Below are positions 24,682 to 36,100 of a stretch of 64,000 nucleotides of DNA, in pieces. The translations under genes were made by a program, and so were the position numbers. The stretch is from Sphaerodactylus townsendi (lineage: Eukaryota), in contig NC_059434.1 of assembly GCF_021028975.2 (NCBI RefSeq), positions 88,846,001 through 88,910,000 of the forward strand, read 5' to 3'. Under the pieces are notes generated by a model, which saw nothing but the letters and a program-made list of their open reading frames with translations, was not told the DNA's origin and ran no database searches. Every line of letters begins with the position of its first letter. Positions within the stretch are counted from its first letter, which is position 1.

Positions 24682-27600
24682 TATTAGAGCATTGTGGTTT
24701 TCCAGGCTGTATGGCCTAGCAGCATTTTCTCCTGATGTTTCGCCTGCATCTATGGCTGAGCCATCAGATCCTTCAGAGGATCTGATGGTAGTAAAGCTAC
24801 TGGAGTAGATATACCTGTGGAATGCCCAGCGCTGGAGAAAGAACCATTTGCATTGGTTAACAAGTGTAAAGGGTGCAATTAGCATGTGTGATTTGCATGT
24901 GTTGATGTCAGGGTGCCATTTCTGGGGGGGAAGGGAGGAGTCTCTGAGAACTATCTCTGTGTTTACCTTTTGCTTTGCAGGTGCTATCTGTTGGGTGACC
25001 TTGGAGTGTTATGAATGTCCAGCCTGAATCCTCCGAGCCAGTCGGCCCCCACTAGAAGGATGCAGGGCACATGGGGGGCGGGGAGGCCTACATCATATTA
25101 TCAAGCGTTTTGGTGCCCTTTTGCCAGAACTCTCTTTTCACTGTCTCTCACTTGTCACAAATAAAAGTCTTTGAACCCTCAAGTGCTTTGGATGTGATCT
25201 TGGAGTTCAGTGGAATACACCCATTTTAGCATATATAAGTAACAATGAAGTTGCAAAGATATTATTGATGCTGTAATGCAGATGTTATTGGCAAAGTGAT
25301 TATGTCACAGCTACTATAATCGATTTTCCAGTCCTTGTTCTGGGCCAATTCCCAGATGTTTGGACACAGATTTTAAGGTCCAGATGACTGATTGATCAAT
25401 CAGTGAATCTTATTCGATAATAAAGAGATGCGGAGCTGCATCCAAGGGCAGGCTCCGAGTCTGCTGTAGTCCGACCAGAGGCCCAGAAAACAGAGCGCCC
25501 CACCTTGCTTGGCCAGTGACAGTATGGAAGGGGGGGGGCGGGGGAGCTGGTCTTGGGTTCTTAGCAGCATCCAGAGGGCCCAGCGATTTTTGGCCTTCTT
25601 TCTTCACTGTTGAGTTACAGATTTTGAGGGACCACGGAATGTGGCCTTCTTTTCTTTAGTGGTGTTTTTTAAAAAAAGAACTCGTGTGTTATATTGGATG
25701 ATGTATTGCTTACATAAGTTGTGTTTTTCTGGTTCTGTCCAGGTCTTCCTCACTCCGGCGTAAGTGCGAATTTACCGCTTAATTAAAAAAATGTATTTGG
25801 TGGAGCTTCGAATACTTGGAAAGGTTCTGCTTGTGTTTTGTGGAGAGTTTTAGGCCCCTTCCGCACATGCAGAATAATGCACTTTCATTTTGAGTCCCCT
25901 TCTCCGCAGAATCGCGGCATGACGCAATTAGGACGATTCCCCCTTGAGGTGGGAGGCTGTCCCTTCTGTTACAAAACGGTGCCTCTGCAGGGAGCGCCCA
26001 GGTAAGATTTCTGCTTCTGCGCGTGCGCGACGGTTGGGCTGACGACGCTTTTTAAAGCGTTTTAGTGTTTTGAAAATGGATTCGCAACGGATCTCATTTC
26101 CTGAAAGACGCGCGTGGAATTTTAAAAGGGCTGTTTTTTCTTGCATGCGACCTGCCGGTGTTTCCCCGGTCTCCTTTGTATTACCTTGTCTAATCATCAA
26201 GACACTTATCTGCCTCCCCCACCCCCACTACAAGGTCAGCAACTCGCTGGAAGTTTCTGCCTGGTTGGCGTGCGCGAGGTCAAGCTCTCGGGACTGGCTG
26301 GTTTGGTCAGAGGCGCCGGCCGGGCTGAGCGTGGAGAAGGGGAGACCCGAGTGGGCGCTGACCCGCCGGAGGGGAAGGAGCCCCGGCAGCTGCTGCCCGC
26401 TCCCTGCCACTGGCGTGGGCGGCCGGGGGCCCCGAGGAGCGCCTCATGCGGTTACGACGTGTCTGATTGAGGCAGGAGGCGCCAGTCCCTCCCCGGGGAG
26501 AGCAAGGACCCAGCGCAAGGCCGGCCTAATGCAATCTGCGGCCTCCGAAATCCGATTAGCCCGGAATTAACCCGGCAGAGAGAGAGGGAGAAAGAGACGC
26601 GCCCTGTCCCAGCTCGGCCTGCTGCTGCTGGCGAGCCGCTATGGCGGGGCGCGGGGTTGCTGACTCTTGGCAGCCGGCCCGGAACGCTCACCTGCCGCAG
26701 GTGGCCACCCGGTGGCGCCACCAGGGCCTTGGGCGGGCTGAGGGCTCCTGGGCAGATGAGGGCAACTTTGGAGGGGTCCTCGAGGGAGGGGGCAAAGCAG
26801 AAGCTGCGAGAACAAGCGAGGACCGCGCCCGCCCCGGCTACTGCAGACAGACAGACGGCCGCCCCTGTCCTGCCGCCCCCGCGGGGTCATCTGGTGGCTG
26901 CGGACGAGCCTCTCCTCCTTCCTCCCGGGACTCCGCGCCAGCAGAAGGGAAATGCGCCCCCGCGCGGCGAGGACGGGGGCCAGAGGGGGCCTGAGCGACC
27001 CACTCTCCCGTGCCTCCTCTCCCCCCCCCCCCAGGGACGTTTTGGGGCTGGCTGGGCCATGGAGTCTGCCGCCTGCGCTCCCCTTGCGCGCTCCCGCGGT
27101 CAGAGTCCTGCTCCATCACTGCGGGGGTGGGGTAGCTGGCCGCGTGGTGTGGTTGAAAGGGCCCCTCGGTGTTTCGCCGAGAAGTGAGTGGCTGTAGCCG
27201 CCGGTCCCGGGAAGGCCCTCCTCAGCAGGCGCAACCCGCGGACAGCGGAGCGCATTTCAGGGAAAGGAGGGCCCAGCGATGGAGAGGAGCGCTGGCCTGC
27301 GCGGCATTTGCCGGAAGGGAAGCAGGACCGACCGTCACTTATTGGCCCGGGGACGCGGGGGGGGGGGGGGGCAGCCGCCCAGGAAGGCCGGGCGAGGGGC
27401 ATCCTGGAAAGCATCTGGCTAGCAAGCGTGGAGCTGTTTCTTGGCCTGGTTCTTCTGCCTCGAGTGCGCTAAAAGAAAATGCCGCTCACAAACCGTTAAC
27501 TGCTAGCACAGAATTGTCATCTTTGTGTTGGAGTCGTTTACATTCACACAGAGGGGTATGTGTGTGTGTGTGTGTGTGTGAGGGAGAGAGGCAAGGCGTT

Positions 27601-28199
27601 TAAAGGAAGGCAGATTTCAGGTAGTTTCAGATGGAGGAGGGCACTAAGATTTTGAAGATTCTCATTGTTGATGTTGTTACAAAGTCTTCTCGTTTCCAGG
27701 GCTTTAGATTTTGCTGTGTGCCCCATTTCTTCATAGCTTGCTGTTTCAGGGTGGATCCCCCCCCCCCCCACAGCATCACTTTCAATGTTGTTTAAACTAG
27801 GGAGCCCTGGGTGTGTTCAGATTTGTGAGTTGGGGTATGTTCTATAATGTAATGGTGACTTTGAGATGACCTGGTGCAAAAACTAATTCTTTTGTGGGGG
27901 GGGGGGGCGGCCGGCTGCCCCTCAGAGCAGAGAGGGGGAGGGGGAGCTCCGAGGTCTGTCTCCTGGCGGGACAGCTGAACCGCCGGGTCAGGGGTCAAGT
28001 ACCCGGCCGGCGTTTCCTTCAGGCCCGCTTTGGCGGCTGGGTGGTGAATGTGGCATTGTGCCCCCTGAAGGAAGCAGCCCGTTCCTGGCAGGACTCCAGC
28101 AGGACTTCCGTTCCCACTGGTGTGTGTGTGTGTGTGTGTGTCTGCATGCTACAAAGCCCAACCAAAGAATAAAATAAACGAAAAGGAGCGGTTCTGCGG

Positions 28200-30071
28200 C
28201 TCTCTCGGGCCCGGACCCCCCCCCCCCCCGCCCCTCACTCGAGCGTTGGTCAGACTGTAGCGACCAAGCGGCCCCCTCCGGACAAACACGGGCCAATCCG
28301 GGGATCGCTCCGGAGAAACGGGGGCGCATCTGGATGATCCCAAAGCGACCACTGGGAAGCCGCCACCGCAGCCTTGTGCTACGGCGAGAGGCGCGAGAGG
28401 GCCCCCCCCATCCCTGTGGCCCCTCCGCGGGCGGGAACTCTGGCCACGGAAGCGGCTGTTGAGCAGACGGAGCCAGGCGGCAGAACACCCGAGCCGCGTC
28501 CTCCTCCTCTGGATCCCCCGGCTGCCCTGGGGGCCGGTCTTTCTTGCGCAGCTTCATTTCCCACCAGCTTACAAGGTTGTTGTTGTTAGATTCGAGCCCG
28601 GCGGTTGTGGTGAGAATAACTTGGACAAGAGCAGAACTGCGGCAGCTCCTTAAAAGACAGTCGGGCGGGGTAAAAATGTGCCCAACATCCGTAAAGAAGG
28701 GAAGTCCTGCCCGGACAACAGTCCTCGGAGAAGGTCGACCCGCCTGAGGATAATTACCCCCCTCCCCCCCCGCCGAGATCCTTGGGCTACCCAGAATGCT
28801 CCGGAGTCCGGCCAAGAGGGCCAGTCGCTGCGGGTGAGCTGGGGGCGGCCTCCCAAGCGGAGCTGTGCCCCCCACGACCCTCGGCGGGTTGCTCCCTCCT
28901 GACCTGCTGCGCTTCAGGGGAGCGGATGAATCGTCCTCAGCCTGCTCCCTGCGCTGCCCGCTGTTAGGAGCACTTTTACCCGGGAGGGAGGGGGGATGCG
29001 GACTCCTCTTCCCCCTCCCTCCCCCCTCCCCCCGCTCTTTTGGTAACTTCTCCGCCCCGCCCCTCGTCTTGACTGAACTGGAGGCATCTCTGCAGGGCAG
29101 GAGCGCTTTCCTCCCTCCCGGGGTGCAAAAGGCCAGTCTGTGAAGGGCCGCGGGGGGGTCACTTCTGCTGCGGCGCCGGACGTCCACTGAGAAGAGCGTC
29201 GCTCTGGTTCGAGCCGCATCGCATCCAGAAGCGAAGGGCGGGAAGACATAATGAATGGCTTTCTTTGCTTCGTTTTTGCACGCCTTTTCCGCCGCCACTC
29301 CAAGCCGGTTCCAGAGCAAGAGCGCCGAAGACATCCCACGAGCGGGGGGCTCCGGGCCAAGAATTAGCGCCGCCGCCGCCGCCGCCACAACCAACGGGAC
29401 CAACAGGTGTTTCGGAAGACCCGAACCCAGAAGCCTCCGTTGCCGCTGGAGAAGCCGAGGAGCCCCGCCCCGAGGGCTCTGCGGTGGCGGCCCCAGCGGA
29501 AGGCAAAGGGCCCGGCAAGGACCCCCCCTCCCCCTCCTGGCCGCGACCCAGGCAGGCCTCCCTGGAGAGGGGCGCCGGAGAAGACGTGCAGCAAGGGTGG
29601 CTCCCGGGGGGGGGGAGAGGGGCCAGGGCCAGGGCCCCTCCCTCTCCTGGCGGTTGGGGCTTGGTCTGGAGGGGAGGGTGCCCTTGGCGGGCCCGCCCCC
29701 TGGAGAGGAGGGTTTGTCCATCAGCGCCAGAGGCCGCCAATGAGAGGGTGGGAGCCGCCGTTGGAGACCGCCGACGATGGCCAGGGGGGCAAAGCGCCAG
29801 CAGCCGGGGCCCCCAGTGCGCTGGCCGGGGGCGCCCGGTGGCGGCAGGGCAGAGCGGCACGCCCGGCTTGGCTTCCGGCGCTGGCCAACAGTCTCGGTCC
29901 CCACGGGGCCTCCCCCCCGGGCCCCCGCACGCCTGTCCTGAGCGCCCCAAGGCCCGGCTGGGACGCCTCACCCAGGAGGCTTCTGGAGGCTGCCCGACAC
30001 CAGGCGCGGCGGGCATGAAGGCAGGAGATCGCTGCTGCCGCTGCTGCCGCTGAGCCCCACCCCGGGGCAGG
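28200..30071 (+). promoter_or_regulatory. CpG island / TLX2 upstream promoter region
   Basis: Very CpG-rich; GC boxes and a CCAAT at ~29736. Confidence 0.55.
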
Positions 30072-32170
30072 ATGGAGCCCCTGGGGCTGGAGCCGGAGGG
30101 GGCCGTTCCCTCGCAGCAAGCCCCGCCGCAGCCCATTCGATTCGGCATCGACCAGATCCTGGGGGGGCCGCAGACGCACCAGCTCCAGACCAGCGCGTGC
30201 CTGGCCGCCGTCGGGGAGCAGCGGGGCGACTCGGAGGGGGCGCTTTTCGGAGGCGCCTACGGGGCGGACTGCAGCCTGTCCTGCCGCCGGGGGGACTATG
30301 GGCTCCCGGGGGCCCCGGCGGGCAGCGGCGGAGTGATCCGAGTCCCCGCTCACAGGCCGGTAGCCCTCACCGCCCTCCAGCCTCCGCCGGGGGGAGCCGG
30401 CATCACCTTTCCTTGGGGGGAGAGCGGCGGCGGCAGGCTGGCCAAGGAGCGCCTGGCAGGTGAGAAACGGTCCTCCTCAGCTCCCCCCCCCCCCGCCCCG
30501 CCTTTCCGCACCGGCCGGGTGGCCGCGTCTTCGCAGGAGAGGAACGGAGCCTCCGGCTCGGGGCCCTTTCCCTCCTCCGCCCGCCCTCCCCTCTCCCCAA
30601 AGGGCGCGCGCTTGGGTGACCTGGAGCGGAGTCAGGTGTACCTGCACCCCCGCCGGGCCTGCGCCCTTTCAACCCCCGAAGGTGAGCCGAGCCACCCCCA
30701 CCCTCCTTCGCCTGCCCAGCCCGAACCGCGGAGGGCTCCGCTGGGAGAGGCCGGATTCCAGGAGAAGGCGGGGACGAGCTCTCCCGGGGGCAGCTGCAGA
30801 GCTGGGGAGAGGCCGGGCCCTTGGCTGGGGGGCGCGGAGGAAGGCGCCACTGGCCGTGCTCGGGGGTGTGCTGGGGCCGGGGCGAAGGGCGCGGGGCTGG
30901 CCTCGGGGGAAGCGGCGGCCCTCTCGCAAGGACAGTCCGCTCCTGCCGCCGCCAGAAACTGCCCCGGCTCCCCCAGTTCCGCAGACTTCGCCATGCTGGG
31001 GGCGGGAGGTGCCCCCTCCTTCCAGCCAAACTCGCGAGGAGACCGTACCCCCAGCGTTCAAGGGCGAGGAGGGGGCTGGACCCCGGGAGTCAGCCTGACT
31101 GGGGGAAAGGACGAGGGTGCTGCTGAGGGTGACGCTCCCCCCCTCTCATTCTTGCTGTGTCCGCAGCAGCCGCGCTCCCGTCCCTGGGCGCGGGGGCGCG
31201 GCGGGTGGGCCACCCCTACCAGAACCGGACGCCGCCCAAGCGCAAGAAGCCGCGCACGTCCTTCTCGCGAGCGCAGACCTGCGAGCTGGAGAAGCGCTTC
31301 TACCGGCAGAAGTACCTGGCCTCCGCCGAGAGGGCCGCGCTGGCCAAGGCCCTCAAGATGACCGACGCCCAAGTCAAGACCTGGTTCCAGAACCGCCGCA
31401 CCAAGTGGCGGTAGGCCGGGGAGGGGCGGAGGGGCGGGGCGCTGAGCCTCCCGCACTGGACCCGGGCGCGGGGGGCGGGTTAGGGATCCCACGGGGGGGG
31501 GGGCGGCCTCGGAAGGCGCCCTCCTTCCCCAGCGCTGTATCGGCCTCCTTCGCCCAGTAGTCTAGGCTGAGAAAGCGGCCCCGCCAAGCCTGCGAGAGGC
31601 AGCTGGCTGACTGGCCTTCCTTACAGGGGTGGTGGGCCAGCGATTGCCCCGTTGTCACCGGCCCTTCGGCCACAGGTGCCTCATTCTGGAGAGAGGCCGG
31701 CCTGGCGTAGCTTCCCGTGGGGGCCGCTGTGCGGCCACCTTTGTCCTGGGTCCTACGCTAGAGAGTCAGGGGCTGGGGGGGGGGGTGAGGGCGGGGCTGG
31801 CGGTCAGACCCTCGCTGTGAGTCCCGCTGGGCCGGCCAGCCAGCCGCCTCTGCTCTCACCCCCGCGCACGGGCGGGCGGGCGGGCGGGCGGGCTGGCGAG
31901 CCTCCGAGGCGAGCGGGGGGCTGACGTGGCGGCCTTTTGGTCCCCCGCAGGCGGCAGACGGCCGAGGAGCGCGAGGCGGAGCGCCAGCAGGCCCACCGGC
32001 TGGTTCTGCACCTGCAGCAGGAGGCCTTCCAGAAGCGGCTGGGCCCGCCGCGGCAGCAGGACCCGCTCTGCCTGCACAACGCCTCCCTCTACGCCCTGCA
32101 GAACCTGCAGCCCTGGGCCGAGGAGAACCCCCCCGCCGCCACCGCCTCCGGGGCAGCCGGGCTCGTGTGA
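30072..32170 (+). CDS. TLX2: T-cell leukemia homeobox 2 (3 exons, 282-283 aa)
   Basis: Exons 30072-30459, 31167(or 31170)-31410, 31951-32170. eh1 motif FGIDQIL, TLX motif [13 protein letters not shown] hexapeptide, homeodomain RKKPRTSFS...[15 protein letters not shown]-terminal [19 protein letters not shown]. Paralog assigned by its position between PCGF1 and DQX1. Confidence 0.93.
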
Positions 32171-32252
32171 GAAGGAAGCCAGCACCCCCCGCACCCTTCC
32201 CCGCCCCCCCCCCACGGACGCAGAGACCGCCGGGCCTTGCCGCTGCCCTCAT

Positions 32253-32258
32253 AATAAA
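32253..32258 (+). terminator. TLX2 polyadenylation signal AATAAA
   Basis: AATAAA ~80 nt after the TLX2 stop, followed by GT-rich sequence. Confidence 0.75.
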
Positions 32259-33068
32259 GTGTCATAAAGTGCGCTGTCCGTGGCTGCAAGTGTGGCCCGT
32301 GGGACTGGTTCCTGGGAAAGCGCGTGCCGCGGCCTTGGCTTCGGTGCCCCCCCCCCCCCAGGGCCCGCACTCAACACCCCTCCCCTCAGTGCTGGCGGGA
32401 CCTCCCAGGAGCTCATCCAGGCAGTTGGAGATCCGGCCTCTTCCGCCTGCTGGCGTCTTTGGGAAGGATGCCCGTTCAAGCAGAGATGGGCTGTCAGAGG
32501 TTCCGTTGGCAACTGAGAACCTCTCCCCCCACACGCACGCACACTGGCCTGCACTGCAGGGCACATCCCAGGGGCCTCCTGCCTGCCACGTGCTTGGCGG
32601 CCGGGGCCGCAGTTCCAAGGAAGCAGAGAAGGAAGGGGAGTGGGCTGGGGCGGGAGGGCGGCGGGTGACTCGCCCCAGGGCCGGGTGTGGATGCCCTGAT
32701 TGATCCAAAGGCGACCGGCCGCCGCCGCCGCCCTCACCTTGTCTGGCATCTGCCTCTCGCAGGCTGGGCGGGGGTCTGGGCAGCTCAGGAGGGCCCCCCC
32801 TCTCCGCCAGCCTCCCGCAAAACCCCCCACCCCATCGCCTCCTTCGACTGCATCCTGCTGGGCGCGGAGCCACCGTGAGGGATGAGGCCGTCTCCAGCAC
32901 CCCCCCCCCGCCCCCCTCGTTGCCCAGGTGATGGTTGGGGCGGGTAAGAAATGACGTTCCAGGCCGCTGAACAGCCCGGCCTGCACCCCCCCCCCCGCAA
33001 AGACACGCGGCAGCTCATGGGAGGGGGGGCTCATTCAGTAAAGGCCGCCTCCTCTGCGGCGCGCTCTG

Positions 33069-33092
33069 ATTGGCCGCCGCGGCCCTATATAG
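33069..33092 (+). promoter_or_regulatory. Core promoter of the intermediate filament gene (inverted CCAAT + TATA)
   Basis: ATTGG at 33069-33073 and TATATAG at 33086-33092, about 80 nt upstream of the ATG at 33168 (AGGATGG, good Kozak context). Confidence 0.7.
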
Positions 33093-33167
33093 AGCGGGCG
33101 CTCCGGCGCAGTGCCTTCGCCCTTGGCGCAGAGGTCGGCTCCCGGCGCCGCGGCCCGTGTGGGCAGG

Positions 33168-36100
33168 ATGGGCTCGGAGGCCTTTGGCTGGCGGCGGGCG
33201 CCGTCCTCGTCGGAGGAGGAGAAGTGCCGCGGCGGGGGCCGGCGGGCTGTGCGGCGGGGCGCCCCCTGGGCTGCCAGGCGGCCCTTGAGCGGCGAGCCGG
33301 GCCCGGTGGCCGATCCTCTGGAGCGCCTGGATTTGGCGCAGGTGAGCAGCTTGAACGCGGAGCTGCTGGGCCTGCGCGCCCAGGAGAAGGAGCAGCTGGG
33401 GGGCCTCAACGACCGCTTCGCCACCTACGTGGAGCGGGTGCGCCAGCTGGAGCGCCGCCACCGGGCCCTGCGCCTGGAGCTGGAGGAGCTGCGCCGCCAC
33501 GAGCGCACCCCGGCGCGCCTGCCCCAGCTGTACCAGCACGAGGTGCGCGGCCTGAGGGCGCTGCTGCAGGCCGAGGAGGGCGACCGGGCGCGCCTGGAGA
33601 CCCAGCGCCAGCGCTTGCGCCACACCTGCGCCCAGCTGCGCGAGTGCTGCGCGCAGGAGGAGCGCCGGCGCCTGGACGCCGAGGAGGCGCTGGGCCGAGT
33701 CCGTCAGGAGGCAGCCCGGGCCGTTCTGGCCGCCCGCGACGCCGACGGGGCGGCCGGCTCGCTGAGCGCCCAGCTGGCCTTCCTGCAGAGGCTCCTGGCC
33801 CAGGAGCGCGCCGAGCTCGCCGAGCAAGCCGACCTGGCCGCGGCCGCGCGGGCGGCGCTGGTGGCGGGAGGAGCCCCGGCGGGGGCGGCCAAGCAGCCCG
33901 ACCTGGCGACGGCCCTGCGCGACATCCGCGCCCAGTACGAGTGCCTGGCGGCGCAGAACATGCAGGCGGCCGAGGAATGGTACCGCTCCAAGTTCGCCTC
34001 GGTGGCCCAGCTGGCCGGACGCAACCAGGAGGTCGTGCGCGGCATCCGCCAGGAGACGATGGAGTGCCGGCGCCTGCTGCAGTCGCGCTCGGCGGAGATC
34101 GAGGCCCTGCGCGGCGCCGTCGACTCGCTGCACCGGCAGCTGGAGGGCCTGGAGGGGGAGCAGAGCGCCCAAGTGGCCCGTTGCCAGGTAAGCGGCGGGA
34201 TGGGGGTGGGCAGCAGAGGAGCTAGCCGGCGTCCTGTCGCCGCAGCTGCGGGGCCCTCCTGAACTGCCCAGACCCCCCCCCTTCCTTCTGAGCTCCTTCT
34301 GCGTGTTGGGAGAAGCACACCTGGTGCGTGTGTTTCCCTTGCAAAAGTAGCAGAGCGGCACAGAGGCTGAACACAGGGAAGCTTACCTGGGCACACAGGC
34401 CTGGCTGAGCTTGCTAGAGAGAACTTCAGACACGAAAGAAAGTCAGAGTCGTTTGTAGTTTCTAATCCAATAAAAATAGTATTTATTAGTGAACTTCATT
34501 CTGGATAGAAAGATGGAGAGACAGGTTCACTAACTATTCTATTCTAGCTGGATGGAGGCAGATGCTCGAAACATGCATCCTCTCCCTAGGCATGGTGAAG
34601 GTAAGATGGAGAAGTTCTGAGAAGAAGGCGGAAGCAAGGGAGGAAGTCCCTGAGAGTATCAGTCTACATCAAAGGGATAGAGTCAGCATGATAGAGTAAA
34701 GGTGACAAATTCCTAAGCCCCTATCTAGCCACTAGCTCGCTAGTAAAAATGAGGCAGGAAACAGGATGAGGCAGGAAACAGCGTAAAGTCCCTTCTTCCA
34801 ACACTGCGGTCCCTTGACTGGGGGGTGGGCGGCAAGGCGGGCATCATCAGCTCCCTGGTGCCACCTGCCCTTTCCCAGTGGAACCCGGCCTCTCCGGGCG
34901 AAGGGCTTTGTCCGGTGTGGTCTCTCTGCACTCTTTCCCCGCTGTGTCTGCCTGATGTCTTGGGGTGGGTCCATTGCTGAGCCTCTCCCCCCCCCCCCCC
35001 CGGCCCCCAATTCTTGCTAGGGAGTTTGGAATTCCCTGAAGAAAGGGGTGGGCTGAAATGGCTGGCTGGACTCCTTGGATGAGGAAGGGATTACAGCCGT
35101 CTGGCTCTGAGATTTGGGTAGTGGGAGATTCAGTCATTAGGAATATAGGGCAAGGAACGGCATGCTCAGCAGGGCCTGATGCAACTCCACAAGGCCTGCA
35201 CCACTGGGCTGTTGTGCCAGGCCTGTGATTGAGGGCAAGGACAGTTTCCATCTTGCTGCCTCCCCTCTTTTCCTTATCGTTTGACTATCCTTATTGGCTT
35301 TATCTTGTCATAGAATCATAGAGTTGGAAGAGACCCCCCCAAGGGCCATCCAGTCCAACCCCTGCAATGTCCCTTCCTTGTGACTGAGCCCATCTCTGGT
35401 TTTGGTGCCTTTAGTTTTTGACTTTTATAGCTGAGGTTTTACTGTATTTATGTATTTAAATTGTGTTTTATGCATTGTTGGAACCTGCCCTGAGCCCAAC
35501 TTTTTGGGAACAGGCAGAACATAAAGTCAAACAAACAAATAAATACATTGAACTCAACTGCTGGAGCACTGAAGTCTCATTCGCTCCATGATGGTTTTGA
35601 TGGAGAAGCTTTCTGAGAGAGATGTACCCTTCGCAAGGCCAGGGCTGTTCCAAAGTTAAGTCTGAACTGAAATGACAGGATCTGCAATCTAGAGCCTCAA
35701 CAGCTGCTAAGTTCTGCTGCAAGATACGGTCATTTCAGGAACAAGAAATGGGTGCTGCCAAACTTTCTGGCTAATGCATGGATTCCCATTTGGCCCATCC
35801 CCGTGCTCTTCCTTCCACTGTGTTCAAAGGGAGATACTGTGTTGTTGTGCCACTTTTATGCCCTTCCACTCCTGGGAACATTGAAATGGCTGGACACGTG
35901 CTGCTGCATTGTCCCTTTGCAGAATCATAGAGCAGAACCATAGAGTTGGAAAGGATCTTGGAGGCCATCTAGTTAACGCTGATCAATGAAGGATCATCCC
36001 AGAGCATCCCTGACAAGTGTTTGTTCAGCTGCTGCTTAAAGACTCCCAGTGGGATGAGGCTCACCCCCTCCCTAGGCAGCCCGTTCTGTTGCTGAACTGC

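Noticed and set aside
27988-29904. 638-aa minus-strand ORF upstream of TLX2
   Set aside because: Non-ATG start, Pro/Arg/Gly/Ala-rich with no domain motif, and runs through a CA microsatellite; a CpG-island artefact.
30072-32170. Calling the homeobox gene TLX3 or TLX1 from helix-1 residues
   Set aside because: The PCGF1/DQX1/AUP1/HTRA2 neighbourhood and the C-terminus pattern support TLX2.
33111-33167. ORF-track start of the IF protein at 33111
   Set aside because: GTG codon at about the expected transcription start; the first ATG, in good context, is 33168.
32951-34396. 424-aa and 448-aa alternative-frame and antisense ORFs over IF exon 1
   Set aside because: Shadows of extreme GC3 codon bias in the real IF frame.
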